From an uncultured Nitrospiraceae bacterium (GTDB taxonomy: Bacteria > Nitrospirota > Nitrospiria > Nitrospirales > Nitrospiraceae), in NCBI GenBank assembly GCA_963846575.1, contig CAWJWJ010000002.1:2464001-2528000 (forward strand): a stretch of 64,000 bases of DNA. Direction: 5' to 3'. Positions 59,285-64,000 of the stretch are shown here, piece after piece. The notes under the pieces are model-generated. The model did no database searches and was not told the origin of the DNA. It saw nothing but the letters and a program-made list of their open reading frames with translations. The stretch's first letter is position 1. Each line of letters begins with the position of its first letter. The translations under genes were made by a program, and so were the position numbers.

Positions 59285-59542
59285 GTGGGTCCTCCTCTTG
59301 GGTAATGACATTGTCTCGCGAAGGAAAGAAAGGGAAAGAACGGGCCAAAGACGCGACATAACGGGGCGGCTTGGGTCTGGCTTTCAATTAGATTCCCGGC
59401 CAAGGCAACATCGGTAGCAGGCCTGAACCATTTCAACGCATCTCTCACCAGGCCCCAATGGGAGACGGGGCGGATCCTATCACGCGTCCACGCGCCCATA
59501 CAAGCCAGGAATTAACTCAGGGTAGAGGGATCGGAATGGGGG

Positions 59543-60244
59543 CTAGCGGCTTCTGGATGGCCCATGCTCGGTCATAAACCAGCCGGCAATCGACAGGCGC
59601 TTGTGCTGGCCCGCCATTTGGTCCACGCGACAAACCCGGTGATACCGCGGCACCGTAAACATGACCAGCGACCCTGGCCTGGGGGGGATGCAATGAGTGA
59701 GGGCTAGGTCCGGGGTGCCATCGTGACGAGTGCCCACTGCCGAATAGACCATCAGTTCCCCTGCCCAATCACTTTCCCATCTCTCATGGAAATAGGTGAC
59801 GAGTGCGAGCCGCCGAAGCGGGAGCGGCTTTCCACCGGTCTGATGGCCCTGGTCTGTATCATCATGCGTAGGCAGGCAGTCACCGGCACCATAGGAATAG
59901 TAATTGAACCCCAAATGGCGACGCGTGATGTCTGGAAACGACTCGATGTACTCTTCGATGCAGGGTAACTGTAACCGGCTGAGCAGCAACTGCCCCTGCG
60001 GCTGAGCGATCTCGGCCTTCGCCCAGTTGCCGGAATTCGGAAAGTCCTGCCGCACAGAGGACAGGTTCTGCAGCTGATTCCAGTTGACCCGCTGCATGGC
60101 CTCCCGGAAATGACCGCGTTCGTCGGCAGACCAAAAATTCTCAATCACGAGGACGGGAGTTTCATGGAATGAAAAGCCGTCGAGATCTTCCGACGCTTGT
60201 GCTGCGCGAACTTGCCCTGAGGTAATTTTCATGTTCCCGCCCAT
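59543..60244 (-). CDS. 2OG-Fe(II) oxygenase (prolyl-hydroxylase-like)
   Basis: HxD (THDD), RRLALVTYF, WAGEL, YHRV and RLSIAGWF. Confidence 0.88.
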   Translation of the reverse strand: MGGNMKITSGQVRAAQASEDLDGFSFHETPVLVIENFWSADERGHFREAMQRVNWNQLQNLSSVRQDFPNSGNWAKAEIAQPQGQLLLSRLQLPCIEEYIESFPDITRRHLGFNYYSYGAGDCLPTHDDTDQGHQTGGKPLPLRRLALVTYFHERWESDWAGELMVYSAVGTRHDGTPDLALTHCIPPRPGSLVMFTVPRYHRVCRVDQMAGQHKRLSIAGWFMTEHGPSRSR

Positions 60245-60266
60245 CCCGATCGCCTACCGCACCCGG

Positions 60267-61058
60267 TTACTCGCCAACCCGCACCAGTGAGCCTCGATCC
60301 TTGCACACATTGAAGGTTCTATGGAACCACAATATAACTGCGATGAGATAAAACCCGTTCAATCCTGTGGCCAAGCCGAGACTGGCCAACGGTGGTGCGT
60401 GGTTCGTAAGGAGCCCCCGCATCCCTTCAAACACATGCGCAGCCGGGTTGATCCAGGCCACCCCTTGTAACCAGGGCGGCAACACGTCCATGGGATAAAA
60501 CACGCACGAGATCGGCTGAAACAGGAACACCATGCTCCAAGCCAGCACCTCCGCCTCCTGCCCGAAACGCATGATCAGCGAGGTGGTCAGCACGCCGATG
60601 ATCCATCCAGTCAGCACCAGATTAACTATGAACGGCAGGAGCCACAGGCCGATCATGAACACATTGTACCCATAGAAAACCCAGGCGCAGACGGACATCA
60701 CGACCGACACGGCCGCGACTTTGAGGAGGCTCATGACCATGGTGGCGGCTAAAAATTCGCTCGGGGTAAGCGGGCTGGCAAAGAGATTCATGAGGTTGCG
60801 CGCCCAAATTTCCTCCAGAAACGAAATGGCGATGCCCTGTTGCGACCGGAACAAGACGTCCCACAGAATCAGCGCGCCGAGGAGAAATGTCACGATGGCC
60901 GGCATCTGTCCCTGAAAAGTCGCCAGGTAGACGGTGATGAATCCCCACACCACCAAATCCAGAAACGGCCAATAGACGATTTCCATCATCCGCGGCAGGC
61001 TGCGTCGATACAGATACAGATGTCGGATCACCAATGCTGCGATGCGATGGTACGCCAT
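60267..61058 (-). CDS. ABC-2 type transporter permease
   Basis: 6 TM, FLEEIWARNLMNLFASPL and VFYPMDVLPPWLQ..NP..HVFEGMR. Confidence 0.9.
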   Translation of the reverse strand: MAYHRIAALVIRHLYLYRRSLPRMMEIVYWPFLDLVVWGFITVYLATFQGQMPAIVTFLLGALILWDVLFRSQQGIAISFLEEIWARNLMNLFASPLTPSEFLAATMVMSLLKVAAVSVVMSVCAWVFYGYNVFMIGLWLLPFIVNLVLTGWIIGVLTTSLIMRFGQEAEVLAWSMVFLFQPISCVFYPMDVLPPWLQGVAWINPAAHVFEGMRGLLTNHAPPLASLGLATGLNGFYLIAVILWFHRTFNVCKDRGSLVRVGE

Positions 61059-61064
61059 GGTCTG

Positions 61065-61475
61065 CTAGGGCTTCTCCTCGCAGGGCTTCTCATGACAATG
61101 CCCGCATCCCGCCTGCTCTATTCCGAGAAGTTGATGTAACATCGCGCGGCTGCCTTCGAAAAAGGCCGGACCGATCCGGCGCCCGTCCTCCAGGCGAAAG
61201 GCGCTGGCCACCAGCAGTGAGAGCGGCACCCCGAGCACCCCGGCGTAGAGGGCGGGACTGGTTAGTCTGGAGGGATCAACCGCCCATACCACGCCGGCAA
61301 TCGAGAGGGCGGCAATCGCACTACTGCTCATGCTACTGAGCAGAATCACGCTGCCGCAGGTCCGCCGCGCCCAGCCGATGCCACCGACCACCAGCCACAA
61401 CAAACCCCACAGCAGCATGAGGCTGAACCCACCGATGAGCAGACCCGCGCCGACCGACCATCCCGCATCTACCAT
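61065..61475 (-). CDS. Small 3-TM membrane protein with C-terminal CGHCHEKPC
   Basis: Hydrophobic portion of the 237 aa ORF, starting at MVDAG (61475) after GGAG. Confidence 0.7.
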   Translation of the reverse strand: MVDAGWSVGAGLLIGGFSLMLLWGLLWLVVGGIGWARRTCGSVILLSSMSSSAIAALSIAGVVWAVDPSRLTSPALYAGVLGVPLSLLVASAFRLEDGRRIGPAFFEGSRAMLHQLLGIEQAGCGHCHEKPCEEKP

Positions 61476-61521
61476 AACTGCTTGTACTCCCTTTCCGCTT
61501 CGATCGGACCTTCCACGACTG

Positions 61522-62250
61522 TCACTGTTCACGAGCGAGCTTGAGAAACACCTCTTCCAGATCGGCCTGCCCGAACCGAGCCACAATGGCCGGGGCCGTA
61601 CCCTCGGCCACAATCTTGCCTCGTTGCAGGAAGATAATCCGATCAGACATTGTTTCCATCTCCCGCATATTGTGCGACGTGTACAGGATGCTGAGCCCGC
61701 TGGTGCGCCGCTCCTCCAGGAGGATCGCCCTGATTTTGTGCGCGATGTCCGGATCAAGGCTTGCGGTGGGTTCGTCAAGAAACAGAATCTTAGGCTCCGT
61801 CAGCAACGCCTTCGCCAGCGTCAGCCTTGTCATCTGTCCCGACGAGAGCTTACGCGTTATCTTATGACGCCACTCCTGCATCTCCAGTTTCTTGACCATG
61901 TCATCGATCCGGGCCGGAACATTGGATAACCCATACATCCGGCCGATGACCGTGAGATTCTCTTCCACCGTCAGGGCATAGGGCATCGAAATATACGTGG
62001 AGGAAAAGTTCACCTGCTGCAGAATGTCACCCCGCCGGGTTCGTAAATCCAGACCGAACATATGGATCGAACCGGACGTCGGCGTAATCAGGCCGAGCAT
62101 CATTTGAAACGTCGTCGTTTTTCCGGCGCCGTTCGGGCCTAGCAGACCAAGAATTTCGCCACGTCGGATCTCGAAAGAGATGCCGTCTACGGCCGTAAAC
62201 TCGCCGAAGCGTTTGGTCAGATTGCGGACTTCGACCACCGCAGATGACAT
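61522..62250 (-). CDS. ABC transporter ATP-binding protein
   Basis: Walker A GPNGAGKT, signature LSSGQ, Walker B ILFLDEPT and H-loop TSH. Confidence 0.95.
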   Translation of the reverse strand: MSSAVVEVRNLTKRFGEFTAVDGISFEIRRGEILGLLGPNGAGKTTTFQMMLGLITPTSGSIHMFGLDLRTRRGDILQQVNFSSTYISMPYALTVEENLTVIGRMYGLSNVPARIDDMVKKLEMQEWRHKITRKLSSGQMTRLTLAKALLTEPKILFLDEPTASLDPDIAHKIRAILLEERRTSGLSILYTSHNMREMETMSDRIIFLQRGKIVAEGTAPAIVARFGQADLEEVFLKLAREQ

Positions 62251-62269
62251 GGGTCGCTCTTTCCGTGAA

Positions 62270-62974
62270 CTAGAAGGACAAGAAGTCTTTGAGCTTCTCA
62301 GGCAGATGGCATGTTTCGCACTTCCGATTCAGAACCCTTCCCTGATACTCCGTCTTATTGTCGTGACAGCGGAAGCAATCCGCCATCGCACGTTTGTGAA
62401 GCACGGAACCCTCCGGATGTTCCGGTTTCCACGGACGACTGTCAGCCGAGACGTGCCCGCGGGGAATCACGATCGGATACCCCTTGATCGGTTTCTCATG
62501 GACGACCGCCGCATGGCAAGTCGTGCATCCTTCGCCCTGGGCGCGAATACCGAATGCTTCAATGTGTTTGCGATGGCTCATGATCAGACCCACGTCGTTG
62601 ACCGGCGCGGGCAAGTCCCGGACGGCCACCTCCGACAGGCGCAGGATGTTGCGGTGACAGCCGAGGCAGACAGCGGAATCGACATGTGCTTGTAAATTAG
62701 ATGGCTCCGTCGGCGTGCCGAACAGCGTGATGGCCACATCTCTCGTTCCATGCCATGCCTTGTCCTGCAGCCACCCGACCACGCCGGGCCTGACATGACA
62801 GGCCACACACTCCACCTCTTTGTGAGACGATTGGAGCCAACTCTCGTATGACGGCTTGATAGTATGACAGCTGGCGCAGAACTTCGGATGGTTGGTGAGC
62901 GGCACCGCCACTCCCCCCAAAGCCACTGCGCCGGCCACGATGGCTCCGATCACAATGGCGGAAGGTCTACGCAT
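62270..62974 (-). CDS. Membrane-anchored hexaheme cytochrome c (NapC/NirT-like N-terminus)
   Basis: N-terminal TM and six CxxCH motifs: CASCH, CVACH, CLGCH, CTTCH, CFRCH, CETCH. Confidence 0.9.
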   Translation of the reverse strand: MRRPSAIVIGAIVAGAVALGGVAVPLTNHPKFCASCHTIKPSYESWLQSSHKEVECVACHVRPGVVGWLQDKAWHGTRDVAITLFGTPTEPSNLQAHVDSAVCLGCHRNILRLSEVAVRDLPAPVNDVGLIMSHRKHIEAFGIRAQGEGCTTCHAAVVHEKPIKGYPIVIPRGHVSADSRPWKPEHPEGSVLHKRAMADCFRCHDNKTEYQGRVLNRKCETCHLPEKLKDFLSF

Positions 62975-63476
62975 CGTCCCGTTGGGGTTTGGGGAAATGC
63001 CGGATGATCAACGCAGCCACGGCCGGCACATCGTCGGGATCGAGCAGCGGCACGGACGTTTCGACCGGTTTATTGGAGACAACGGCCAACAGACCATCCT
63101 GTGAAACGGGGACCTCACCAATCTGGTCTCGCACCACCACGATCTTAGGATAACCTTCGCTACGCCAGCCTTCGGCGAGAATCAGGTCATAGGAGGGATC
63201 CAAATAGTTCTCGCGCACATCCTCGACGTTCATATGATCCGACACATCGGCAAACATGGCGAGGCTGCTCTTGGAAATGATGACCACCGCGCTTGCACCC
63301 GCCTGCTTGTGACGCCAACTGTCTTTGCCTTCGGTATCCAGATCAAACCCATGCCCGGCATGTTTGACGGTCGCCACCTTATAGCCCGAACGCACCAATT
63401 CAGGAATCACCCGCTCAATCAACGTTGTCTTGCCGCTGTTCGATCGTCCGACAAAACACAGAATAGGGACGGCCAT
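62967..63476 (-). CDS. mobB: Molybdopterin-guanine dinucleotide biosynthesis protein B
   Basis: VGRSNSGKTTL, VKHAGHGFDLDTEGKDS and LILAEG. Confidence 0.93.
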   Translation of the reverse strand: MAVPILCFVGRSNSGKTTLIERVIPELVRSGYKVATVKHAGHGFDLDTEGKDSWRHKQAGASAVVIISKSSLAMFADVSDHMNVEDVRENYLDPSYDLILAEGWRSEGYPKIVVVRDQIGEVPVSQDGLLAVVSNKPVETSVPLLDPDDVPAVAALIIRHFPKPQRDDA

Positions 63477-63495
63477 TAAGGATTCCTTTCGCGGT

Positions 63496-64000
63496 TCAGC
63501 AGCAGGACTGATGGTGGCCGGTCGACGTCAGCGGCTCTGCAGCATGGTCCATCCAGGTCGAACCACTGAGCAATTGCACGGTCACGACATCGCCGGGATT
63601 CAGACGCTCCACTTCGACCGGGATATCGATCAGACAGTTGGCCTTGACCATGGAGGTGAGGATCCCGGAACCTTGGTTGCCGGTGGTCCGAACCTTGAAC
63701 GCCCCGTCCTCCCGCCATACCACTCCGCGGAGAAAGTGTCGGCGGTCGGTTCGTTTCGAAAATTTCTCCTGAAACGCGGCCTCGAGCAAAGGTCGTCCGG
63801 AACTCCGCAAACCAGCCATTTTTAGCATGGCCGGACGGACCAGCTGTTCAAAGGTCACCATGGACGAGACGGGATTCCCGGGAAGACCGAAGGCCAGTTT
63901 CCCCTGTATTTTTCCGAACGCCAGCGGTTGCCCGGGCCGGATGGCCAGCTTCCAGAAATTCATCTCGGCACCCAAGTCCCGGAACACCGCTTTGGTGAAA
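63496..64000 (-). CDS. moeA: Molybdopterin molybdotransferase (C-terminal part, 5' end outside window)
   Basis: IRPGQPLAFG, FGLPGNPVS, RRHFLRG and QGSGILTSMVKANC. Confidence 0.93.
   Translation of the reverse strand, partial: FTKAVFRDLGAEMNFWKLAIRPGQPLAFGKIQGKLAFGLPGNPVSSMVTFEQLVRPAMLKMAGLRSSGRPLLEAAFQEKFSKRTDRRHFLRGVVWREDGAFKVRTTGNQGSGILTSMVKANCLIDIPVEVERLNPGDVVTVQLLSGSTWMDHAAEPLTSTGHHQSCC

Noticed and set aside
1..64000. rRNA, tRNA, IS elements, integrases, prophage and nxrA/nxrB catalytic genes
   Set aside because: None was recognised. The window holds only accessory and gamma-like components of NXR.

Overview
This 64 kb window is bacterial. Gene content and order strongly suggest Nitrospira (Nitrospirota), judged by recognition rather than a database search. 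Most of it (1-48.6 kb, almost all on the minus strand) is a respiratory super-cluster. It encodes a very large MnxG-like multicopper oxidase (MCO), three exported proteins with an amicyanin-type Cys-x2-His-x2-Met loop, and a CtaM/DUF420 protein. It also has two paralogous cytochrome bd-like (CydA-fold) subunits with no CydB, two FGE-like proteins lacking the catalytic cysteines, two tiny single-TM ORFs missed by the ORF track, and three membrane c-type cytochromes, one fused to an EbdC-like domain. Further left lie mobA, a housekeeping block (argS-tgt-yajC-secD-secF), a PAS histidine kinase with an atypical sigma54-type regulator, a NapF/G-like ferredoxin, a TorD chaperone and a second EbdC/NxrC-like gamma subunit. 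The left end carries a B12-radical SAM, membrane, TPR, TatA and NHL gene set. Near-consensus sigma70 promoters head the main operons, and one is a perfect TTGACA-N17-TATAAT. The right part carries a KimA-like transporter, an orphan aKG-HExxH enzyme, a sigma54-driven zinc-ribbon mini-gene, rqcH, an RRM protein, and a moeA-mobB-hexaheme cytochrome-ABC-2OG oxygenase operon. Four single-base +1 frameshifts split three genes (GT9 twice, one bd-like subunit, the MCO) and are probably assembly errors. No rRNA, tRNA, CRISPR array or mobile element was recognised.
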